In this document: one piece after another, positions 22,510 to 31,325 of the stretch
Numbering within the stretch: the stretch's first letter is position 1
Layout of the letters: each line of letters starts with the position of its first letter
Origin: an uncultured Nitrososphaerota archaeon
GTDB lineage: Archaea; Thermoproteota; Nitrososphaeria; Nitrososphaerales; CADDZS01
Reading direction: 5' to 3'
NCBI GenBank assembly: GCA_963799845.1
Contig: CAWCYI010000004.1
Location: 1,696,001-1,760,000 of the forward strand
Length of the DNA: 64,000 nt
Translations under genes and position numbers: made by a program
The notes under the pieces: generated by a model
The model's input: the letters and a program-made list of their open reading frames with translations, nothing else
The model's database searches: none
What the model was told of the DNA's origin: nothing

Positions 22510-23490
22510 ATGACCAGTGTACTTTATGGAAAAGTGGATGGGCAGGGGGAGACCTTTGGAGATTTCGCAGTTATGACCATGGACGTTCCGTGGAATCTCG
22601 TGAAGGATCGCATCGGCGGCAGGCCCGCGAGGGTCGTCATGACTGAGGGCCTCGAGGTCAACTATCTCGACAGCCTGGTGAAGGATCTTCCGAAGATTGA
22701 CACGGTCGTCGGGATCGGCGGCGGCCAGGCCGTTGACACTGCGAAATATTTCGCGTGGAAGCGCGGTTGCAAAGCCGTGTTCATCCCGACGATTGTATCC
22801 GTGAACGCCTACGCGACACCGGCTGCCGCGGTGAGGTTCGACGGCAAGGTGAACTATCTTGGAAACGTTGTGCCCGAGAAGATCATAATCGACTATCCCG
22901 CGATCCAGTCCGCTCCAAAACGTCTCAACACCGCAGGAACCGGCGATATCTACTCATGCCGGACTGCTCTATTTGACTGGTGGCTGGCGCACGAGAAAAT
23001 CGGCGAATTTTATGACGAAAAAATTGCTGACGAGTCGCGACAGATCTTGAGCACGCTCGTTGGCAACGGAAGCGAAATCAAGAACGTTACCGATAGGGGG
23101 ATAAAGACCCTCGTCCAGCTGCACATCGACACGAACACCGTTCAGCTCGAGGCAAAGACACCACGACCGGAGGAAGGGAGCGAGCACCTGTTTTTTTACA
23201 CGCTTGAAGAGCTGACCAGACGCGCCTTCGTCCACGGCGAGGTTGTGGGAACCGGAATTTACATTCTGACGCACTTCCAGAATAATGAGGAAGCGATCGT
23301 TGAGCGAGAGATGGACGCGATGGGTCTATTATTCCGCCCAAAGGATTACGGAATCACACGCGAGGAATTCATCGACACGGTTCTCCAGATGAAGAGATAC
23401 TCCCGGGAGGCAAAATCCATGTTTACCATCGTGGATGTGGTCGACATCACCCGAGACGACGCCGAGATGCTTTGGAAGAAGCTGGCCTGA
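22510..23490 (+). CDS. Glycerol-1-phosphate dehydrogenase-like / DHQS-fold dehydrogenase
   Basis: GIGGGQAVDTAKY, IPT, GDI, SEH, HGE metal ligands. Confidence 0.85.
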   Translation: MTSVLYGKVDGQGETFGDFAVMTMDVPWNLVKDRIGGRPARVVMTEGLEVNYLDSLVKDLPKIDTVVGIGGGQAVDTAKYFAWKRGCKAVFIPTIVSVNAYATPAAAVRFDGKVNYLGNVVPEKIIIDYPAIQSAPKRLNTAGTGDIYSCRTALFDWWLAHEKIGEFYDEKIADESRQILSTLVGNGSEIKNVTDRGIKTLVQLHIDTNTVQLEAKTPRPEEGSEHLFFYTLEELTRRAFVHGEVVGTGIYILTHFQNNEEAIVEREMDAMGLLFRPKDYGITREEFIDTVLQMKRYSREAKSMFTIVDVVDITRDDAEMLWKKLA

Positions 23491-24069
23491 TAACTCATCT
23501 CTGAGCGGGAGTATCTGCTACCCAGAAATAATCTGGAAAACGCCGAAAAATTCTTCCTGATCTCTGGGAGATAATGCCCTACTTCGAAAGAAAGTCCGAC
23601 ACGGGTTCGGAGTTCTATTTCGAGCTGAAGAATGGCAAAGCATGTTTTCTCTGTGACGCAGGAATTTTCTTCTTTTCCCCGCTATCTAACACGATGCGAC
23701 GGCTGATAACCAGATCGGATTTTTCTCCTTCCTACTTCCACTAATTCTCGGATGGCTGACAAACCTAATAATTACGAGAAGGCGAAACAAAGTATTCGTC
23801 GGCCGTGAGCTTGACGGACTACTTTCAGACCCCAAGCTCAATTACACCAAGAGAGAATGGGCAGAGGTCAACAAGGTCTACCTCAGACATTATCGGATCG
23901 TGATAAAGTGGCATTCATCGACGTTCATTACTGACAGAGGGCTGACGCTCCCTTTTTGTTGCTACGTCTTACGTCGAGCTAAAGTCTTTCTTGCTGCGCG
24001 TAGTCGGAGACCGACTGATCGAGAAACGCTGAGGTCATCAATGAACTATTCGCTGATCGCGAAATAAGA

Positions 24070-24756
24070 TCACTGTGATACCAGAGAACCAGCTAAGAAA
24101 AATCCCGAGGCAAAGTAAACAACGTACTGGAACGTCTGCCCGTGGGGGAGCTGAATCGGATTTGACGATTCGGGATAAAATGTGAAGAAGCTGATCTGAG
24201 CGCCCGGCACCGCGTTGTCACCCGGATGGCTGGATGAAAAGACTACAAGGTTTGCGGCGCTAGAAGCAGATGTGGTGTTGTCCCAAGCATTAATCGTCGG
24301 ACCATATGGAGAGACAAGAATAATCGAAGTTATGAAGGTGCTTGAATTTGGATTGTTGAACGCCAGCAAAAGGCTCGCAGTTCCCTGGGAGGAGCTCGTG
24401 GCGCTTGCTCCGCCATAGAGCGATGCCTCAGCAACCGTGATGTTGGAGACGACCTGGGTTGTCTGCGCCAAAGTCACGGTAGTACTCGGTGTTACGGTAG
24501 AAGTCGAAACTTCGCTGGATAATTGGGTAGCTGTGCTGACGACAGTTACCGTACCGTTCATGAAGACAGTGCTGAACTGTGTCTGGATTAACGTCTTCGA
24601 AACAATCGAAGTGACCGAAGTCGTGAGAGTGCTGACGCTAGTATCGGTGATTGCATGGTCGGTCGTAGTGAAATTTACAATCCCGATGCCTATGACAACG
24701 ACCAGGAGAGCAATGATCGCCGCTGTCGCGACCAGCCCGTGTTTTGAGTCGGCCAA
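24070..24756 (-). CDS. Ser/Thr-rich surface protein, possibly pilin-like
   Basis: KHG/LVATAAIIALLVVV class-III-like signal, T/S-rich stalk, C-terminal beta domain. Confidence 0.6.
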   Translation of the reverse strand: MADSKHGLVATAAIIALLVVVIGIGIVNFTTTDHAITDTSVSTLTTSVTSIVSKTLIQTQFSTVFMNGTVTVVSTATQLSSEVSTSTVTPSTTVTLAQTTQVVSNITVAEASLYGGASATSSSQGTASLLLAFNNPNSSTFITSIILVSPYGPTINAWDNTTSASSAANLVVFSSSHPGDNAVPGAQISFFTFYPESSNPIQLPHGQTFQYVVYFASGFFLAGSLVSQ

Positions 24757-25035
24757 AAGCCCATCCGGACTTGAAACACCCTCCCGATCTTAATTAGGTT
24801 CGGAATATCGACTATTGATTTCGAATCTCTAGCAGTTCTCTGCCCCCGGTTAGGAACGAAGCCAAGTGTTATTTCTCAGTTGTGCAATGACAATTAGTCT
24901 AAGATCGCGATGGATTAGAATGCCGACTTGATACAAACAATTGGAATGGTGTTCTGATTGTGAAAAAAATGTAGAACGGGAGGTTCAAAAGTGCAATATT
25001 ATAATCGATACTCTCGCCCCCGTTCTTTAAGACTC

Positions 25036-25257
25036 ATGTCTCAACAGAAAACCAAGACGGACACTTACAGGCCACACGTAAAGCAGACGATAAAGGTTAT
25101 CGGCCGGACAATATTCTGCGCCCGGTGTGACGAAGAAGTGGCGACTTACTACTGCCCGTGCGGAGTCTTTCTTTGCACGATTGATTTTGTCTCGCACAAT
25201 TGCACGAATACGCTGAAGGAAACTTACTACAAGGACCTGATCCAGGCACTAAGGTAA
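25036..25257 (+). CDS. B-box-like zinc-finger microprotein
   Basis: QTIKVIGRTIFCARC...YYCPCGVFLCTIDFVSHNC. Confidence 0.75.
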   Translation: MSQQKTKTDTYRPHVKQTIKVIGRTIFCARCDEEVATYYCPCGVFLCTIDFVSHNCTNTLKETYYKDLIQALR

Positions 25258-25311
25258 TCATGGCAGTAACTTCGGCAATTCCTCGACTACGAAGTAGATT
25301 TTGTTTCAGGA

Positions 25312-26196
25312 TCAAGTTACAGCTATGGGCGTTACCGGCGATCCTGTTCCGCCCCGAATTCGAAGCGGCAGGCAAACGAACAAAAACTTCAGAGCTCGAT
25401 CCTGGGAAACTTCTTCGAGAAAAAGATTCTCGATCATCCTGATGCCATTTTTCGTGATCAGGTACTGGTGGACATCGTCCGCCCCTCTGATTTCCTTTGA
25501 AGGATCGACCTCGACATTCCAGGTGTCGGAGCCGACGACAACAGCGCCTTGATCTGCGAGCCACTCGGCGGCCGATAGATCAATGCCCGGAACCGGGCCT
25601 AGAAATTTAGCGTTGTCAGACATCCAGTACTTGCCCCAGCCGGTGCGGATCAATACGACATCTCCCTCTCTAACTTTCACCCGAGTTGCCTCCGCGCAAT
25701 TTCTGATCTCTTTCGCAGAAATCGCGTAACCTCCATCCAGCGCCGGCACCTTGAAAAAAGACGCGACGTCGATCAAGATCCCTCTCGTAAAGATTGGTGG
25801 CGTCTTCTCGATCCCCAGCTTCGTCGTGCCGAACGTCCCCATTATTTCTTCGGAGACGTGGCCGTTGTACAATCTCTCCCCGATCGAAATGTGATTTAAC
25901 CCGTCGATGTGAGTGCCGGTGTGGTCTGCCATTTCAAGCCTGGTGTTCATCCCGCCCGCGTCGTTTGTCTTTCCCGGAGATTTTAGATCCAGGCTGTGGC
26001 GGCGAAATGTGGTGTAGAGAAACTGACCGTGGAAGGAGAGGCTTGGTATCCCCTCTTCGAGGACGTGAGCCAAGTTGTAGGTCTTTCCCTTTTTGACGAG
26101 ACGAGCGGCTTCCACTATCATCAATGGATTGACTGCGCCCAGCGCGCCGATCTCATCTTCCGCTCCCCACTTTGACGGATACCATTTGTCTGCCAT
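25312..26196 (-). CDS. Cyclase family / kynurenine formamidase-like metal hydrolase
   Basis: WGAEDEIG, HTGTHIDGLNH, RTGW, GGTGSP. Confidence 0.9.
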   Translation of the reverse strand: MADKWYPSKWGAEDEIGALGAVNPLMIVEAARLVKKGKTYNLAHVLEEGIPSLSFHGQFLYTTFRRHSLDLKSPGKTNDAGGMNTRLEMADHTGTHIDGLNHISIGERLYNGHVSEEIMGTFGTTKLGIEKTPPIFTRGILIDVASFFKVPALDGGYAISAKEIRNCAEATRVKVREGDVVLIRTGWGKYWMSDNAKFLGPVPGIDLSAAEWLADQGAVVVGSDTWNVEVDPSKEIRGADDVHQYLITKNGIRMIENLFLEEVSQDRALKFLFVCLPLRIRGGTGSPVTPIAVT

Positions 26197-26296
26197 AACT
26201 TCTCGTGCTCGCGAGACATCCCGTTAAAGCACTTTTGATTTTCGCAGATGGTCCAGGGTTCATGATTAAATATACTCTCTATTCCAGATGATTTTC

Positions 26297-27394
26297 ATGT
26301 CACTTGAATCCGACTCTCTTGGTTTGCTGAAGGAGCTTTCGGAATCCTTCGGGCCTTCGGGCTTTGAACGAGAACCGGCGGCGATTGTAAAACGCGTGGG
26401 CTCGCAATTTGCGGATGAAATATTGCACGACAAGATCGGCTCGATAATTCTCAAAAAAAGAGGGACGAGTGAATCGCCGAAAATTCTCATGGCGGGGCAC
26501 ATGGACGAGGTCGGATTCGTGATAACTGGAGTTGATCCCCTGACCGGATATCTCGCGTTCGCTGCGCTGGGCGGCTGGTTTGACCAGGTTCTCCTGGGGC
26601 ACAGGGTGACGATCAGGACGCGCAAGGGCGACGTGATCGGAGTCATCGCTGCAAAGCCGTGGCATCTTCTGACGGTCGAGGAGAGGGAAAAGGTCGTGAA
26701 AATGGATAACATGTTCATCGATGTTGGAGCTGATGACTCGGTCGTCGCAATGGACGAGCTCGGAGTGCGCATCGGCGATCCGGTTGCCCCGTGGACTCAA
26801 TTTACGATGGTGCGCGGCAATCGAATAGCGATCGGCAAGGCGTTCGACGACCGCGTTGGAACATTCGTTGGGCTGGAAGTCCTGCGCCGGATGAGTTTTA
26901 GAAAAGTCGAACATCCAAACACGATTTACGTCGGCGGGACGGTCCAGGAAGAAGTGGGATTGCGCGGCGCGAATACCGTCGCACACGTGGTTGACGCGGA
27001 TGTCGCGTTCGCACTCGAAGTGGATATCGCCGGAGACGTTCCGGGAATAAAGCCAAGCGAAGCTCCGTCAAAGTTGGGCAAGGGGCCCAGCATACTCACC
27101 TTCGATGCGTCGATGATACCGAACCAGGAGCTCAAGCGTTTTGTAATTGATACAGCAGAGTCCGAGGGCATACCGTACCAGCTTTCGACGGTGGCGAAGG
27201 GCGGGACCGACGCGGGGAAGTTCAACCTGAATAAAGCTGGATGTCCTTCAATCGTGATCAGCGTGCCCACGAGGCACATCCATTCCCACGAAGCAATCGT
27301 GGACACGAGGGACATTGATACCACAGTGAGACTGATGCTCGCTCTGATTCAGAAACTTGACCACAAAACGGTGAAAAGCTTTACTCAGAACTGA
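26297..27394 (+). CDS. M42 family (TET-like) aminopeptidase
   Basis: GHMDEVG, KAFDDR, QEEVGLRG, GGTDAG, RHIHS. Confidence 0.94.
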   Translation: MSLESDSLGLLKELSESFGPSGFEREPAAIVKRVGSQFADEILHDKIGSIILKKRGTSESPKILMAGHMDEVGFVITGVDPLTGYLAFAALGGWFDQVLLGHRVTIRTRKGDVIGVIAAKPWHLLTVEEREKVVKMDNMFIDVGADDSVVAMDELGVRIGDPVAPWTQFTMVRGNRIAIGKAFDDRVGTFVGLEVLRRMSFRKVEHPNTIYVGGTVQEEVGLRGANTVAHVVDADVAFALEVDIAGDVPGIKPSEAPSKLGKGPSILTFDASMIPNQELKRFVIDTAESEGIPYQLSTVAKGGTDAGKFNLNKAGCPSIVISVPTRHIHSHEAIVDTRDIDTTVRLMLALIQKLDHKTVKSFTQN

Positions 27395-27526
27395 GCGTTC
27401 ATTGCTCGGATGTGCGTTTACGTGGATTTTTAGGTACGTACACAAGACCTGCATGATTCAAAGATTTTGGAAATACCTGAAAACCGCCATTCTCTAACCA
27501 AAAATTTCAGAATCCAGCTGTCAGTG

Positions 27527-27670
27527 GCCAACAGAGCTTGAAACGAGCTCTTTGGTACGCAGAATTGTGCCCCCGTGTAGAAAAAGGAGAAAATTGTATA
27601 TTAAATCAATGAGATTAAACAATCGCTTTGTAAAGCCAAATAGGTCTACAGGTACGCGAAAAAGACCTAG
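27527..27670 (+). repeat. Dispersed non-coding repeat, copy 2
   Basis: GCCAACAGAGCT-TGAAACG-AGCTCTTTGGTACGCAGAATTG...AAATTGTATATTAAATCAATGAG...ACAGGTACGCGAA. Confidence 0.8.
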
Positions 27671-27712
27671 CAGGAATCGGATCTACGGCTTCGAGCCCCA
27701 GCCGATTTTTTC
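27622..27712 (+). ncRNA. Candidate structured small RNA
   Basis: Follows a BRE/TATA-like sequence; hairpins GCTTT/AAAGC, TAGGTCT/AGACCTA, and AATCGG/CCGATT enclosing GGCT-TCG-AGCC; ends in a T-run. Confidence 0.3.
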
Positions 27713-27842
27713 AATGAGGAATTACTCCGACGGTATGATTAACGCTCCAAATTTGTTTTAGCTCTTCAAGCTTAATCTTCGAGCGTGAAACGCAACCCCT
27801 TCATTTCGAAAATGAATTCCGACGGCTCGCAGACATGATCAC

Positions 27843-27987
27843 AGCTCGTGGACACAGCTCCCTAAGCTCCGTTCAGCTCGTTTTCAAGCTCTTCTGAGCT
27901 AACAGAGCTTGAACGTCAGCTCTTCAGCAAAAAAGTGCTCAAGTGTGTAGAAACGCAGAAAAAAATTCTATATAAGAATCAATGAGA
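27843..27987 (+). repeat. Phased AGCT array plus dispersed repeat copy 3
   Basis: AGCT at 27843, 27856, 27865, 27875, 27887, 27897, 27906, 27918; AACAGAGCTTGAA...GTGTAGAAA...AAATTCTATATAAGAATCAATGAGA matches copy 2. Confidence 0.75.
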
Positions 27988-28287
27988 ACTCGTATATGAA
28001 CGAGAAGGTACTCCTTAGGTTTTCAAGACACAATGATGGTCATCGTTAACTATTGTGTAATATTATTGCAACAAACGATTAGGCATTCTATATTGTTGTG
28101 AGTCGGAAAGTGAATTCGGATCGAAAAATAGAAAATAATTCTCAATAAAACCTATAGAGTACTTTTAGGGCACATTGTTATAGAATATAGAATTTTGGTT
28201 TTTGAAAATAGTGCTACCAATGAGAATTGATTCCGATATAGATTATTGTCAAAAGAAAAATATACCTTCCTCTTCCCATACGCGAAC

Positions 28288-30594
28288 ATGAAAACAAGGA
28301 CGAAGGTATCCATCGCAACGCCGTTACTACTTTTAGCAGTCTTACTCACAGCAAATTTCGCGACAATTTTCGCGCAATCAAATTCGAACTCTAACACTAC
28401 TACGCCGATAAAACACGTGGTAGTAATCTTCCAGGAGAACGTCTCGTTTGACCATTACTTCGGGACTTACCCCAACGCAGCAAACCTGCCCAACGAACCG
28501 CAGTTCACGGCCGCTCCGGGAACGCCCACTGTCAATGGACTCACTGGCGCGCTGTTGACAAGCAATCCCAACGAGCTGGTGACCGGGAATCCCACCGACA
28601 ACCCGGCGAGGCTTGATCGCACCGAGCCAGTTACGTGCGACAACGATCACGATTACACCGCAGAACAAGCTGCCTTCAACGGCGGATTGATGAACATGTT
28701 TCCCGAGCAGACCAGCTGCAGCGACGGTCTCGTCATGGACTACTACGACGGGAACACCGTGACCGCCCTCTGGAACTACGCACAGAACTATGCTCTCGAC
28801 GACAACTTCTTCGGTACTACCTTCGGACCATCAACACCTGGAGCACTGAACCTGATATCGGGCATTGGCGGCCCTATGATCGCGACACTTCCTGGCGGAA
28901 CGACTACTAATAACGTGGCCGGAGTTCTCGCCAATGGACAGGTAATCGGAGACTCCGACCCAACATTCGACGATTGCTCAAGCACAACGAGCCCAACACT
29001 AGCGATGACTCCTTCCAGTGGAGCAGGCGCGCCCCAGAACATTGGAAACCTTCTCAATAATGCTGGCCTGACGTGGGGTTGGTTCCAGGGCGGGTTCACG
29101 CCCACAGTTCCATACAATCCGGTGACGGGCTCCCCGGCAGTTTGCGGCTCATCCAATGTCCAGGTAGGCGGAACGACCGAGGCCGCTTACAGTGCTCACC
29201 ACGAGCCGTTCCAGTACTTCGCCTCAACCTCGAACCCCCACCACTTGCCACCGAGCTCGCCTTCCATGATTGGCTACACCGATCAGGCAAACCACCAGTA
29301 CGACCTTTCCTCTTTCTGGATCGCGGCTGACTCGGGCAACCTGCCGGCGGTCAGTTTCTTGAAGGCAGACAGGTTCCAGGACGGACACCCGGCCAATTCC
29401 GATCCGCTCGATGAACAGGCTTGGCTCGTCAACACCATAAACAAGCTCGAAAGCCTCCCCACGTGGAGCAGCACGGCCATCTTCATCACATGGGACGACT
29501 CCGACGGCTGGTACGATCACGTCATGGGCCCGATTGTAAGCCCATCCAGCGACCCCACAAATGATGTCCTCAACGGAGTCACTTGTGGTACCGGGACCTC
29601 GCCATTGGGTGTTCAGGACAGGTGCGGCTACGGACCGAGGATCCCGCTTCTCGTGATCTCTCCATACGCCAAGCAGAACTTTGTCGACAACACTCTCACC
29701 GACCAGTCGTCAATTCTCAGGTTCGTCGAGGACAATTGGAATCTCGGGAGCGTGGGCCCTAGTTCCTTCGACAACCTCGCAGGCAGCCTGCTCAAAATGT
29801 TCAATTTCAACTCGCCCCAGAGAGGGCCTGGATTCTTTCTCAACCCATCCACCGGAGAGCAGGTCTCTGTTGGTGGATCTCACGGCGGCAAGGTCGGACT
29901 GGACACAACTTCGATGTGCACCGACCAGAACACCAATCCGGACGTTTGCGCCCTCCAATCGAACTTTAACGGAGAGGCCATCGCAAGTGGGGATTACGTC
30001 TGGTTCAGCAGCGTCCTGAACCTGGACTCGCAGGTTCCCACCGTGGGACTCACGATCCACTTTAGCGGTCAGTGGATTTTCGCCCAGCTTCAAGACGGCA
30101 CTACACTGAGCCTACCGGCTCCAAACGCCGAAGTGATTTACAGCCCGACTGCAACCACATCGACGACCAGCTTCACCAGTGGCCAGTGGGTAACGACTGT
30201 GCCCTCGAGCTACACGGGGAATGTATTTCTCTCTGGTCTCGCCTACCAGGTCCCAGCCGGTGTTTCACTGCAGAGAGCCCAGGTAACGTGGACTGGCACC
30301 ATCAGTGGCACGACAAACTCGTTCCACATCGGATGGGAGTGGGCGACAGCAGCATACAGCGGCTTCGGTGCTCTCACCATAACTAACACGAACGCGCTCT
30401 ACAACGGTCTCGGCATCAAACCAATCGACGCAAACACCGGCAATCCGTACCTCAACAACGATAACGCTGGAACTCCAGAGAACTTTGAGTCGAACGTCAT
30501 CCCAGGAGCGACCGGCAACGGAGGAACGGATTACACAGGCTTCTACAGTAACTCCGGCACGGCGCTGTACCAGGCATACCTGCTGAATCAGTAG
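28288..30594 (+). CDS. Secreted phospholipase C / phosphoesterase (AcpA-like) with extra C-terminal domain
   Basis: TPIKHVVVIFQENVSFDHYFG, FGPSTPG, HHEPFQY, WDDSDGWYDH, GYGPRIP. Confidence 0.9.
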   Translation: MKTRTKVSIATPLLLLAVLLTANFATIFAQSNSNSNTTTPIKHVVVIFQENVSFDHYFGTYPNAANLPNEPQFTAAPGTPTVNGLTGALLTSNPNELVTGNPTDNPARLDRTEPVTCDNDHDYTAEQAAFNGGLMNMFPEQTSCSDGLVMDYYDGNTVTALWNYAQNYALDDNFFGTTFGPSTPGALNLISGIGGPMIATLPGGTTTNNVAGVLANGQVIGDSDPTFDDCSSTTSPTLAMTPSSGAGAPQNIGNLLNNAGLTWGWFQGGFTPTVPYNPVTGSPAVCGSSNVQVGGTTEAAYSAHHEPFQYFASTSNPHHLPPSSPSMIGYTDQANHQYDLSSFWIAADSGNLPAVSFLKADRFQDGHPANSDPLDEQAWLVNTINKLESLPTWSSTAIFITWDDSDGWYDHVMGPIVSPSSDPTNDVLNGVTCGTGTSPLGVQDRCGYGPRIPLLVISPYAKQNFVDNTLTDQSSILRFVEDNWNLGSVGPSSFDNLAGSLLKMFNFNSPQRGPGFFLNPSTGEQVSVGGSHGGKVGLDTTSMCTDQNTNPDVCALQSNFNGEAIASGDYVWFSSVLNLDSQVPTVGLTIHFSGQWIFAQLQDGTTLSLPAPNAEVIYSPTATTSTTSFTSGQWVTTVPSSYTGNVFLSGLAYQVPAGVSLQRAQVTWTGTISGTTNSFHIGWEWATAAYSGFGALTITNTNALYNGLGIKPIDANTGNPYLNNDNAGTPENFESNVIPGATGNGGTDYTGFYSNSGTALYQAYLLNQ

Positions 30595-30613
30595 AAACTC
30601 CGCAAAAGAAAGC

Positions 30614-30646
30614 GGGGAGGAAAGACCTCCCCATTCTCTCCTTTTT
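30614..30646 (+). terminator. Hairpin plus pyrimidine/T-run terminator
   Basis: GGGGAGG-AAAGA-CCTCCCC followed by ATTCTCTCCTTTTT just after the stop. Confidence 0.55.
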
Positions 30647-30833
30647 CCTAATCTGATATTCCATGTCATAAACGAAAACGTTTCAGCATAAGATAGCACT
30701 CTGTGGTAAGTATCAATACTACACGAAATCAAATCCCTCATTTGCAAACTCGAAACCGTTATTCAAGAGGGTTTAACAAGGAGACATACTTCGGGATGTG
30801 ATTCATGGCTTACAAATCAGTGAGGGACACCCG

Positions 30834-31325
30834 ATGATCGAGGTGAAAACTCTCCCCCCTGAAAGATGGAGAGAAGCAATGGAACTGCGATTGCGAGCGC
30901 TTAAAACTGACCCGATTGCCTTCGGGAGTTCGTACGAAGAGGAAGAGAATTTCACCGAAGCTGAATGGCAGAGGCGAATGGAGAACGCTTTATTCGCGCT
31001 GTCAGACGGCAAACCTGTAGGAACCTTAACCTATCTTTTCAATAACAGGGTAAAGACAAAACATATTGCTCGAATCTTTGGCGTGTACGTAGATCCAAAT
31101 TACCGTGGTCACGGCATCGGTAAGAAATTACTTGAAAATGCATTAGAGCTAATTCAAGAGAATAAAGATGTCATGAAAATGCAGCTTATGGTGAATCAGA
31201 AACAGAACGCGGCTGTTGCGCTCTACAAAAACATGGGTTTCGTCGTAGTTGGTCAAATGAAGAAGGAAATCAAAGTCGGCGAAGAATTCTATGACGAGTT
31301 AATCATGGAAAAGATGCGATTTTAA
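30834..31325 (+). CDS. GNAT N-acetyltransferase
   Basis: LRLRALKTDPIAF, VYVDPNYRGHGIG, NAAVALY. Confidence 0.9.
   Translation: MIEVKTLPPERWREAMELRLRALKTDPIAFGSSYEEEENFTEAEWQRRMENALFALSDGKPVGTLTYLFNNRVKTKHIARIFGVYVDPNYRGHGIGKKLLENALELIQENKDVMKMQLMVNQKQNAAVALYKNMGFVVVGQMKKEIKVGEEFYDELIMEKMRF

Noticed and set aside
23750-24070. RidA-like fragment (WAEVNKVY)
   Set aside because: The match is a few residues only, with no start codon in frame and no other family motifs.
24437-24660. Tandem repeat in the Thr/Ser-rich coding stretch
   Set aside because: Low-complexity protein composition without a nucleotide repeat unit.
18874-27915. CRISPR repeats, because of TTGAAAC resembling archaeal repeat ends
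   Set aside because: Copies are dispersed, there is no regular repeat-spacer period, and no cas genes are present.
27395-28260. Firm call of a replication origin
   Set aside because: No recognisable ORB with G-string and no cdc6/orc1 or whiP gene nearby; kept only as a hypothesis.
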